IMG/VR virus record: IMGVR_UViG_3300032235_000467
Strand: one strand, 5' to 3'
Length of the DNA: 64,000 nt
Origin: a virus
A model generated the notes under the pieces. It did not search any database, was not told where the DNA came from, and worked only from the letters and a program-made list of their open reading frames with translations. This document shows positions 56,885-64,000 of this stretch, piece by piece. Every line of letters starts with the position of its first letter. The stretch's first letter is position 1. Both the position numbers and the translations under genes were made by a program.

Positions 56885-57676
56885 GTGAGAAACTTAATTA
56901 ATTTATTACTAGAAGCCCCTATGGACGATGCTACAGCACAGAAGATGCTATCTTCTGGTAAGCAAGTGTCTATATACTATCAAGGGGATAACGATTCCAA
57001 AAAAGGCTGGAGAAAGATAGAACCTGTTCGCATAGAAGGCGAAGGTGATGATAAGGTAATGGTAGCATACGAGGTAGAGGGGCTAGGCAAGAAGGCAGTC
57101 CTCAAAAAGTATGTACAGAAGAAAATAACTAACTGGAACGTACTTAGTACAACCCCTGCTACTATAGCTGCTAAGGATAAAGAGAAAGAAAAGAAGACAC
57201 CAAAAAAGCCTGGAGCTAAGCCTCCCACCCCACAAAAAAGAAGTTTAGGTACTCAAGGAGATGACTTCTGTGATGCAATAACTAACAAAAGGATAGTTAA
57301 GATGTATTATAAAGGAGACGAAGAAGAAGCTCCTGGATGGCGTACAGATGTGCAGGCAGTGTGCTACGGTTCTCGTAAAGGAGTTAAGTATGTCAGGGCT
57401 TGGGTAGGCGCAGGTAAATCAGTAAGTGCAGACAAAAGTCCAGAAAAGAAAGCATTGCCAGGGTGGAGATTTTTCCGTCAAGACAGAATACAGAAATGGG
57501 AAGTAGACGCTACTAAAACATTCAAAGCCCCTCCTAAGGCAGACTTTAATCCTAAAGGAGATAAACTTATGGATACCATATTCTGTATATCAGACTTCGC
57601 ACCAGACGCACCACCAACAGCATTGCAAGAAGCTAGTATGCTATCAGCAATAAAGGAGGCTATCAATATTTTTTAA
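56885..57676 (+). CDS. Tandem WYL-like domain protein
   Basis: Two copies of V..YY.GD.....GWR...P/A....G......AY/AW...; the second ends GWRFFRQDRI..W; Lys/Pro linker between them. Confidence 0.7.
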   Translation: MRNLINLLLEAPMDDATAQKMLSSGKQVSIYYQGDNDSKKGWRKIEPVRIEGEGDDKVMVAYEVEGLGKKAVLKKYVQKKITNWNVLSTTPATIAAKDKEKEKKTPKKPGAKPPTPQKRSLGTQGDDFCDAITNKRIVKMYYKGDEEEAPGWRTDVQAVCYGSRKGVKYVRAWVGAGKSVSADKSPEKKALPGWRFFRQDRIQKWEVDATKTFKAPPKADFNPKGDKLMDTIFCISDFAPDAPPTALQEASMLSAIKEAINIF

Positions 57677-57679
57677 ACT

Positions 57680-58042
57680 ATGAATATGAACCAGAAAAGA
57701 AATAAGGAGGTTAAGAAAAAGAGAACGGTGCCTTTTCTGAATTATACCGTCAGAGACTTCTCTGATTACAGTGAGATCTCTTCTATGCCAGAGACTCAAA
57801 AAATAGTATTTGATAATCTTATAGATGCGATAAACTTTAGTATACAAAAGAAAAAAGAGTATGCTGAAATTTTTAAAGTAAGTGAAGATAACTCCGTATC
57901 TTTAAGTAAAGATAATTGGGTTCCTGCTGTAGAGAAAGCAATAGAATTCTACGCAGAGCTTGAGGATTATGAGAAGTGTAAACAGTGTAAAGATATAATA
58001 CAAACAGTAAGTTATGAGAAAGGAATTCGATCCACAGAATAG
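57680..58042 (+). CDS. Hypothetical protein with UVR-like EDYEKC motif
   Basis: AIEFY...EDYEKC...KD; resembles 59483..59821. Confidence 0.6.
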   Translation: MNMNQKRNKEVKKKRTVPFLNYTVRDFSDYSEISSMPETQKIVFDNLIDAINFSIQKKKEYAEIFKVSEDNSVSLSKDNWVPAVEKAIEFYAELEDYEKCKQCKDIIQTVSYEKGIRSTE

Positions 58043-58427
58043 CCACGATCAGAATGTTAAAGTAGCTATAGATAAAATAATAGGGCAAGAGACTTCATTC
58101 AGAAAAGTAAAGAAGACTCAAGACGATCATAAAAGAATACTGTTCAATAGAATAATAGAGTCCATTATAGTAGCTGAAGAAAGATCTGTAATGTTAGATG
58201 AGGCTCACAGCATGGACATGTCTAAGTATAATCAAGTATTCTTTGATGTAATCACAGATTTCCTATCGTTTAGTTTTAACAAACAGCAAGTAAACCTAAT
58301 AAACTTTTTCTTGTATGACAGGTATTGTACAGATGGATCTGTACTAGATCTGATAGATGATGACGGCAATGTAGTACCACTAAACACAGCAAGTGATCTG
58401 TGGTATCTAGTAAGTAAAAACGCGTAG
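58014..58427 (+). CDS. Hypothetical protein
   Basis: 137-aa ORF overlapping the previous gene. Confidence 0.6.
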   Translation: MRKEFDPQNSHDQNVKVAIDKIIGQETSFRKVKKTQDDHKRILFNRIIESIIVAEERSVMLDEAHSMDMSKYNQVFFDVITDFLSFSFNKQQVNLINFFLYDRYCTDGSVLDLIDDDGNVVPLNTASDLWYLVSKNA

Positions 58428-58429
58428 TT

Positions 58430-59128
58430 ATGGAAATCAAATCGTTTAAAAAGCAGAAGTCCAACAGAGGACAAGACTTAAATATAGAAAGGCAAGCTAT
58501 TGAAAGGGCCATGCGTGATACCATGTCTAATAAAGCCGCTGCTAAATCCATAGGAGTATCATTTAAGACTTACAAGAAGTATGCCCAGATGTATCGTAAT
58601 GCAGAGGGTATAACCCTATACGATCTACATAAGAACCAAGCTGCTAAAGGTATACCCAAGTTCGGTAAGAGAAGACATGATAAAGCTTCCATCATAGATA
58701 TAATGGAGGGGAAAGTATCTAAAAGCTTCGTATCAATTAAGATATTAAAGCATCAGATTATACAGCACGGTATATTAAAAGAAGAATGTTGTAGGTGCGG
58801 ATTCAAAGAGCAGAGAGTGTTAGATTACAAAACACCTTTGATAATGAACTTCAGAGATGGAGATAAGAAGAACTGGGCTCTAGATAACGTAGAGTTCCTA
58901 TGTTATAACTGTTTTTTTCTTTGCGTAGGAGAAGTATTTACAAACAAACAACTCTCTGTAATAGAGGACTATACAGATTTAAGATCTGTCAATATAGATC
59001 TAGACCTGCCGGTAAAACATGAACAGGCTATAAAGGAATCCATTAACCTAGAAAATAAGAATATTTATAGTAGTGATGAGAGGTCGGAGGACTATGGAAG
59101 TGATTTGATATCTACATACAGGAAGTGA
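58430..59128 (+). CDS. HTH plus degenerate HNH/zinc-finger protein
   Basis: SNKAAAKSIGVSFKTYKKY (HTH-like); C..CG...DGD..N...DN...LC.NC with the usual His residues replaced. Confidence 0.65.
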   Translation: MEIKSFKKQKSNRGQDLNIERQAIERAMRDTMSNKAAAKSIGVSFKTYKKYAQMYRNAEGITLYDLHKNQAAKGIPKFGKRRHDKASIIDIMEGKVSKSFVSIKILKHQIIQHGILKEECCRCGFKEQRVLDYKTPLIMNFRDGDKKNWALDNVEFLCYNCFFLCVGEVFTNKQLSVIEDYTDLRSVNIDLDLPVKHEQAIKESINLENKNIYSSDERSEDYGSDLISTYRK

Positions 59129-59493
59129 TGACTAGAAAAGATTATGTTGACAAGACAGCTGATGATCTTATAAAGAAAAAAGATGCATCAGAAAAGTTGT
59201 TAGCATTTGCCAACAGAGCCTCAGGACTTACTGCCTTTCTGGTAAACAAGTCTAAAGAGGATGTATTACTGAAAGAGGTTAGTAATAAACTACCTGCCTT
59301 AAAAGAAAAGTTAATAGAGCATAAAGCATTTTTTGAAAGGAAAGAATTTAAAAGCGACCATATTAGAAATTTAAACAATGAGATCACCAAGTGTGAAAAG
59401 TTTATCGAGGGGTTGGGAGAAAAAAATACTATTGAAGATCTTAAGCTTATATTGGACTGGTACTATAAAACCTCGGAGAAGTATGGATTTTGA
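59128..59493 (+). CDS. Hypothetical protein
   Basis: TGATG coupling to the upstream gene; helical and K/E-rich. Confidence 0.6.
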   Translation: MTRKDYVDKTADDLIKKKDASEKLLAFANRASGLTAFLVNKSKEDVLLKEVSNKLPALKEKLIEHKAFFERKEFKSDHIRNLNNEITKCEKFIEGLGEKNTIEDLKLILDWYYKTSEKYGF

Positions 59494-59821
59494 TAAGGAA
59501 AACTTGTACATTATAGAGGTCTTAGATAAGGAGAAGACAATTAAAGATGTTCTATCAGAACATGAAAGAAATCTTTCTATGGCTATAGTGGAAAAGATAT
59601 GCTACGCCATGGATAATGATATAAAGAAAATTAACATAGCTAGAATATACACAGACTCAATAGCAATAACCTTGCACACGTCACTCCCTAACTTCCAGGA
59701 GACATTAGAAACAAACATACAGAATCTTATAAAGCACGAGGAGTATGAGATGTGCGCCATAGGTAAAAAGCATTTAGATATTCTAAAAGAAAAACCTAAT
59801 AGAAAATATTTGAATATATAG
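59483..59821 (+). CDS. Hypothetical protein with EEYEMC motif
   Basis: In-frame ATG 59483 overlaps the previous gene end; similar to 57680..58042. Confidence 0.55.
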   Translation: MDFDKENLYIIEVLDKEKTIKDVLSEHERNLSMAIVEKICYAMDNDIKKINIARIYTDSIAITLHTSLPNFQETLETNIQNLIKHEEYEMCAIGKKHLDILKEKPNRKYLNI

Positions 59822-59840
59822 AAATATATATTTATCTTTG
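59809..59840 (+). promoter_or_regulatory. Bacteroidota-type promoter of the tmRNA gene
   Basis: TTTG - 20 nt - TATCTTTG, overlapped by ATATTTAT at 59828 and ending 9 nt before the tmRNA 5' end. Confidence 0.7.
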
Positions 59841-59849
59841 TAAACATAT

Positions 59850-60275
59850 GGGCCTAACCGGTATCGATTCGTAATCGGAGGGTAGTACCACACGCAGAGA
59901 CACCGTACTAGTTCTCTTTAAATCTGTACGAAACAATAAATGACGAGATGTCAACTATGACCTTCGATGACCTTATGGCTTTCGTTGGTGCCGATGAAGC
60001 AACATTTGCTTAGTCCGCCGAGGTGTCTACAACCTCGCTTCAAACAAAGTGGAACACAGAGTTTCCCCGATCGACTCATTAAATAAGGACTGGGGTGGTG
60101 GTTAGCTGTCTCCGGACATCCCCTTACTGATCAGCTTGCAGATCAAAACTACGGTGCAGCTGAACCTTGTGCTATCCTTTACTGATAGTAAACAAGTAGT
60201 AGTCAGTACTAAGCGTGTGAGATGCTGGTGCTATTGTTCATTGCGAAGACGTGGGTTCGAATCCCACTAGGTCCA
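59850..60275 (+). ncRNA. ssrA: tmRNA
   Basis: Acceptor stem GGGCCTA/TAGGTCC with G3:U wobble and discriminator A; T-arm GTGGG-TTCGAAT-CCCAC; pk1-like AGAGA/TCTCT plus CGTAC/GTACG; ATAAAT-GAC resume context; tag ORF 59942-60013. Confidence 0.92.
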
Positions 60276-60309
60276 CTCAAAGGTTTAGGTTAGGATTAAG
60301 GTTAAAACG

Positions 60310-60339
60310 AAGGGGGGTTTCTACCCCCTTTCTCTTTTT
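60310..60339 (+). terminator. Intrinsic terminator after tmRNA
   Basis: AAGGGGG-loop-CCCCCTT followed by a T-rich tract. Confidence 0.8.
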
Positions 60340-60419
60340 ATTTTTCTACTATATTTATAATAGATTTTACAACGAGTTTCATAATAAGTGTTATACGGTT
60401 TTGCTCAAAACTGAATATT

Positions 60420-60677
60420 ATGAAAAAGTTTTTCAGCACTTTATTTAAGGATACTAATGACATAAATGAGAAATCTTTTATAGGATTTCTGTCCTTTGTT
60501 ATGATGGTGGTATTTGCTATTGCAGATATTATAACAGGGTCTTTAGGCAAAGAGCTTGTTATTCAAGACTTTATATTTAATTCTTTCTTATGGATGACTT
60601 TAGGATGTTTTGGTATAGCATCCGTAGATAAGTTTATAAATAAGAAAAACGAAACCAATAACGAAGAACAACTATAA
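60420..60677 (+). CDS. Two-TM membrane protein (holin-like candidate)
   Basis: Two hydrophobic helices and a charged C-terminal tail. Confidence 0.55.
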   Translation: MKKFFSTLFKDTNDINEKSFIGFLSFVMMVVFAIADIITGSLGKELVIQDFIFNSFLWMTLGCFGIASVDKFINKKNETNNEEQL

Positions 60678-60688
60678 AAAACAAATAA

Positions 60689-60946
60689 ATGAAAAAAGTA
60701 CCAGTAAACAAACTGATCTCCCTGATTAACGCAGTAAAAGGAAAAAAGCCAGTGGTAATCATAGCTTCTGTAGTAGCCATTGCTGCCGCTATATTTGCAA
60801 TAAATAAAGGGTATATATCAGAAGATATGTTAAATGTAGAAGCTGTAGTTAGTTTTATAGAGGATGCTGTTGGTAAAGAAGCCGAAGTATCTGTTATTGA
60901 TACTGTAGCTACACAAGTTGTAGTTGATAGTGTAATAACCCAATAA
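60689..60946 (+). CDS. Single-TM membrane protein
   Basis: Basic N-terminus, VVIIASVVAIAAAIFAI helix, acidic tail. Confidence 0.55.
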   Translation: MKKVPVNKLISLINAVKGKKPVVIIASVVAIAAAIFAINKGYISEDMLNVEAVVSFIEDAVGKEAEVSVIDTVATQVVVDSVITQ

Positions 60947-60972
60947 ATAAAAACTATATTTAAATAAATAAA

Positions 60973-61278
60973 ATGGCACCAAAGAAAACAACAGCAGTAG
61001 ACTCAGTGGCAGGCGCAATAAAACCTCCAATCTCATTCAAAGAATTTAGTAAAGACCCAGTTAAAGGATTATTGTTTATAGTATTGATAGCTATAGGATA
61101 TCTGTATGTAGATATTAAGATGTCTAATAAAGATATTGTATCCAAGCAAGATGCTAAGATAGTAGTACTTGAGACTAAAATAGACCAGCTATCTAACCAA
61201 CTAAGAAGATCAGACAGTGCTTTAGCAGCTGCTGTATCTAAGATATCAATATTACAACAGTTAGGAAAAATAAACTAA
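60973..61278 (+). CDS. TM plus coiled-coil protein (i-spanin-like candidate)
   Basis: GLLFIVLIAIGYLYV then heptad repeats. Confidence 0.5.
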   Translation: MAPKKTTAVDSVAGAIKPPISFKEFSKDPVKGLLFIVLIAIGYLYVDIKMSNKDIVSKQDAKIVVLETKIDQLSNQLRRSDSALAAAVSKISILQQLGKIN

Positions 61279-61280
61279 TA

Positions 61281-61712
61281 ATGAAAAGAGTAACTCTACT
61301 AGCTATTCTGTTTATTCTTAGTTGCAAAAATAAAGAGTCTGAAGTAATAACAGAACAGCCTTCAAAAATAGATAGCATCATAGAAAAAAGTAAGAATAAC
61401 TTTGAGGCAGCAGCACTAGTTAGCAACAAATCAGACTCTGCTACTAATAAAACTATCTATAAAATTATTAAAGAAATTGGTTATTTGACCAATGAAGTAA
61501 CTAACTACAAGAAAATAAACTTGATGAGTAAAGAGGTGGTGTCTACAGAAAAAATAATATACAAAATAGATACTGTATATATTGAAACAAAAAAGAATTT
61601 CTGGGGCAAAGAGAAGGTAAAGACTAGCGTTAAGTCAGATAGCTCGGTAGACATGTCTATTGATACTAGTGTAAATGAAGCATTAAAAATAGATACTTTG
61701 CAGCAAAATTAA
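61281..61712 (+). CDS. Lipoprotein (o-spanin-like candidate)
   Basis: MKRVTLLAILFILS-C lipoprotein signal. Confidence 0.55.
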   Translation: MKRVTLLAILFILSCKNKESEVITEQPSKIDSIIEKSKNNFEAAALVSNKSDSATNKTIYKIIKEIGYLTNEVTNYKKINLMSKEVVSTEKIIYKIDTVYIETKKNFWGKEKVKTSVKSDSSVDMSIDTSVNEALKIDTLQQN

Positions 61713-61715
61713 TTG

Positions 61716-61874
61716 CTAAAAAGAGAATTTTTTTAATATATAGTAGGCCTTAATTCCTATGTCAGGACTGTTTGTAATATCGCTGTATATTAATACTATA
61801 TCAAGAACTGCAAATGTAGAAATTAACAATAGGATGGTAATACCTCCTATCATTTTAATGGTGTTACTTTTCAT
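61716..61874 (-). CDS. Small single-TM protein (52 aa, absent from the ORF track)
   Basis: Hand translation MKSNTIKMIGGITILLLISTFAVLDIVLIYSD...KKFSF; minus-strand GTATTTAT motif at 61887-61894. Confidence 0.5.
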   Translation of the reverse strand: MKSNTIKMIGGITILLLISTFAVLDIVLIYSDITNSPDIGIKAYYILKKFSF

Positions 61875-61960
61875 AAGTTTGTATATATAAATACAGAATT
61901 TTTATATAAAATAATTTTTTTTATATTTATTATATATATAACTTTGGTAAAATATTAGTT

Positions 61961-62131
61961 ATGAACAATACAAACATCACCCCAGAACAGGAACTGATCA
62001 TAGAAAAAGTTGAATATCAACTATCTAATATAAAAGATCAGGATCTTCTTTACTCTTCTATCAGAGAGCTTATTTACAAAATTCCAAACAATTACGATCT
62101 AGGAGTAGCAATCAGACGGTTATTTAGTTAA
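61961..62131 (+). CDS. Small hypothetical protein (56 aa, absent from the ORF track)
   Basis: Hand translation MNNTNITPEQELII...PNNYDLGVAIRRLFS; upstream ATATTTAT (61923) and TAACTTTG. Confidence 0.55.
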   Translation: MNNTNITPEQELIIEKVEYQLSNIKDQDLLYSSIRELIYKIPNNYDLGVAIRRLFS

Positions 62132-62145
62132 AAACATATAACAAT

Positions 62146-62436
62146 ATGGAAAAGTTTTCAAAACAGTGGTGCGAGATATGGGATCCATCTAGGCCTCATG
62201 ACTTTGATATTGAGGCAATTGCAAAAGATATGCATAACGATAGGTACTATCCTATATTTTGTGAAGGGTTTGGTTTTAATTGTATTCATAAAGATGGTTA
62301 TGATAACATATGGTTATCTTTTGGATATGATGAATATGGAAACAGCACTGTCTGGAGAAGGTATAAATCTTTAATAATAGATCAACAGAAAAAAGCGACC
62401 AAGAATGAAAGTAGCAGTATTCAGCGACACCCATAA
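62146..62436 (+). CDS. Hypothetical protein
   Basis: 96 aa with FSKQW...DFDI...CEGFG pattern. Confidence 0.6.
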   Translation: MEKFSKQWCEIWDPSRPHDFDIEAIAKDMHNDRYYPIFCEGFGFNCIHKDGYDNIWLSFGYDEYGNSTVWRRYKSLIIDQQKKATKNESSSIQRHP

Positions 62437-63142
62437 TAAACATAAACAGGTAGAACTACCTGAGTGTGATATTGCTATATTTGCTGGAGATTTATCCTCA
62501 GTGGGCCACAAGCACGAAGTAGAAAGCTTTATTAACTGGTATGGTAAGCAACACCAATGTAAGCACAAGGTATTTATTGCTGGGAATCATGATAAATCAT
62601 TTGATAAGAAATTCTTCCATAGCTTTGAAGATCATGACTTATTCAAACAAAATGAACATCTAGGTAAGCCTGGATGGTTAGTAGACATGCTGGATAGAGC
62701 CAAGGCTGTATTACATATAAACTATCTTGAGAATAGTTCTGTCATAATAGAAGGTATAAAGATATGGGGTAGTCCTATTACTCCAAGCTTTTATAAGCAG
62801 TACTGGGCCTTCAATGCCGATAGGAATGAAGATATCCAATCTTATTGGAATAAAATACCTAAAGATGCTAACATCGTTGTAACTCACGGACCGGTGCATG
62901 GCAAGTTAGATTATATACCAGAGAGTAGCGAGTATGTAGGGTGTGTAGATCTTAAAGCTAAGATAGAAGAAATAAACCCTTTAATGTTTATTTGCGGACA
63001 TATCCATTCAGGCAGAGGCATATATAATACAGATAAAACATTGTATGTCAATGCTTCCATAATGGATAACAGTTATAATAAACAAGGAGAACCTATGCTA
63101 TTCAATATAAATGTGGATAAGTTAAGAGTCGATTTCTCATAA
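62405..63142 (+). CDS. Calcineurin-like metallophosphoesterase
   Basis: SDTH, AGD, AGNHD, THGP, GHIH. Confidence 0.92.
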   Translation: MKVAVFSDTHNKHKQVELPECDIAIFAGDLSSVGHKHEVESFINWYGKQHQCKHKVFIAGNHDKSFDKKFFHSFEDHDLFKQNEHLGKPGWLVDMLDRAKAVLHINYLENSSVIIEGIKIWGSPITPSFYKQYWAFNADRNEDIQSYWNKIPKDANIVVTHGPVHGKLDYIPESSEYVGCVDLKAKIEEINPLMFICGHIHSGRGIYNTDKTLYVNASIMDNSYNKQGEPMLFNINVDKLRVDFS

Positions 63143-63196
63143 TAAAATCGGTAATGCTCAAAGAATAGTCTTATCTTTACGTCAGTTCTTTGAAAT

Positions 63197-63223
63197 AAAA
63201 AAGGGCCGATATAAATCGACCCT
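63197..63223 (-). terminator. Intrinsic terminator for the minus-strand holin-like gene
   Basis: Minus strand AGGGTCGAT-TTAT-ATCGGCCCT followed by a T run. Confidence 0.75.
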
Positions 63224-63250
63224 ACTGTTTTACAAATAAACTTGGATGTC

Positions 63251-63412
63251 CTACTTCTTTTTAGAAGCAATAGACCAACCAGCACCGACAAGTGTCATGA
63301 TGCCTCCGAGTACTTCTTGGAATAATACCTCATCTACTAAGCCTTTAGCAACGATAACGCCACCAACAAAGGTTAATGCATGTCTGATGAGTCCTAATAC
63401 TTGATCTTTCAT
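63251..63412 (-). CDS. Small two-TM holin-like protein
   Basis: MKDQVLGLIRHALTFVGGVIVAKG...GGIMTLVGAGWSIASKKK; upstream minus-strand ATATTTAT (63458-63465) and its own terminator. Confidence 0.7.
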   Translation of the reverse strand: MKDQVLGLIRHALTFVGGVIVAKGLVDEVLFQEVLGGIMTLVGAGWSIASKKK

Positions 63413-63485
63413 TTTAATTGATTTAAGTTTAAAAAAATTCATAACATTTGATCACATATAAATATCTGAAAAACCAAAATAACAA

Positions 63486-64000
63486 GCCCGAAGGCCACGG
63501 GATCGAAAACTCAGGAACGCCTCTCTAATTGCCTTGAGATAGTATCGACTAGGATTACGAAGCGCACCAGTCCTCTAGATCGTTAGCTAGCGGTGTAAAG
63601 CAATCCCACTGGAGAATAGGATTGCAATTAAGGTTGATTGGGATAGGGTTGCAGGGTAATGCCTGACCTGACAGGTTAGAAACGCCAATCGTAAAAGCAG
63701 ATGTCCACGCACCCATCTTCTGCTTTCCTAAAATAGTCAGGTGGCGGAATGTAGACGCAAGTTTAAGGTGTTGTTACCTACCCGTTAAAAGGAACATACA
63801 GGTTCGAATCCTGTCCTGACTGCTAAAAGTACTTACTACGCTACCCATAAGAACAGCGTCCCAGAGTAAGTCTTTTGCTGACACGCACGGCAACCGAAAG
63901 CATACTAGACACTGCTTAGGCAATGCGAGGAAACATGAAGAATACGTCACGGTGCGTACGTAACTATCAAGTTCTTCTGACTGTGGGGAATAGACCCACT
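63486..64000 (+). ncRNA. Large structured non-coding RNA region (class unassigned, possibly GOLLD-like; 3' truncated)
   Basis: No ORF in the track, GC-richer than the flanks, with successive stems: CCCG/CGGG, CTCAGG/CTTGAG, AGGATT/AGTCCT, GCAATCC/GGATTGC, GATTGG/CCAATC, AAAGCAGA/TCTGCTTT, ACTTACT/AGTAAGT, GAAGAA/TTCTTC, GTGGG/CCCAC. Confidence 0.65.
63735..63822 (+). tRNA. tRNA-like element (Leu-type D-arm, no canonical anticodon arm)
   Basis: Acceptor AGTCAGG/CCTGACT, D-arm GCG-GAATGTAGA-CGC, T-arm ACAGG-TTCGAAT-CCTGT; the middle does not form a 5-bp stem with a 7-nt loop; CCA not encoded. Confidence 0.6.

Noticed and set aside
60251-60448. 65-aa ORF MGSNPTRST...
   Set aside because: It is a translation of the tmRNA T-arm and terminator.
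63660-63690. Hammerhead ribozyme suggested by CTGA and GAAAC
   Set aside because: The CUGANGA core and the three required stems could not be assembled by eye.
63735-63822. Functional tRNA-Leu
   Set aside because: No canonical anticodon stem-loop; kept only as a tRNA-like element.
1-64000. Stop-codon reassignment
   Set aside because: Core genes are full length in the standard code, and TAA, TAG (e.g. tail tube) and TGA (e.g. Cas4-like) all end genes at expected places.

Overview
A 64-kb, AT-rich, gene-dense segment of a large contractile-tailed (myovirus-like) dsDNA phage genome, almost all on the + strand and in the standard genetic code. The host is probably Bacteroidota: TTTG-N19/20-TAnnTTTG promoters recur and genes have A-rich leaders with no obvious Shine-Dalgarno sequence. 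Layout: (1) 1-15.1 kb, fibre/decoration genes, including two giant proteins made of Gly-(Ser/Thr)-(Ser/Thr) triplet blocks and three tandem tip-like paralogs; (2) 16.5-30.8 kb, tail sheath, tube, tail chaperone, tape measure and baseplate; (3) 30.9-46.3 kb, replication and metabolism (two family A DNA polymerases, gp32-like SSB, RecA-like recombinase, 5'-3' exonuclease, DnaB-like helicase, class II RNR, MazG-like enzyme, GroES/GroEL, Cas4-like nuclease); (4) 46.6-56.9 kb, about seven glycosyltransferases, two methyltransferases and a secreted nuclease; (5) 56.9-64 kb, a tandem-WYL protein, a tmRNA, candidate lysis genes and a large structured RNA region containing a tRNA-like domain that runs off the window end. 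The best leads not shown by the ORF track are two probable programmed frameshifts (A_AAA_AAG at about 21013 and a U7 run at 22630), a tmRNA with a long non-canonical tag, a possible GOLLD-like RNA, a strand-oriented ATATTTAT promoter motif, and a possible virion-glycosylation system pairing Ser/Thr-rich fibres with the glycosyltransferase cluster. All calls come from reading motifs by eye; no searches or folding programs were run.
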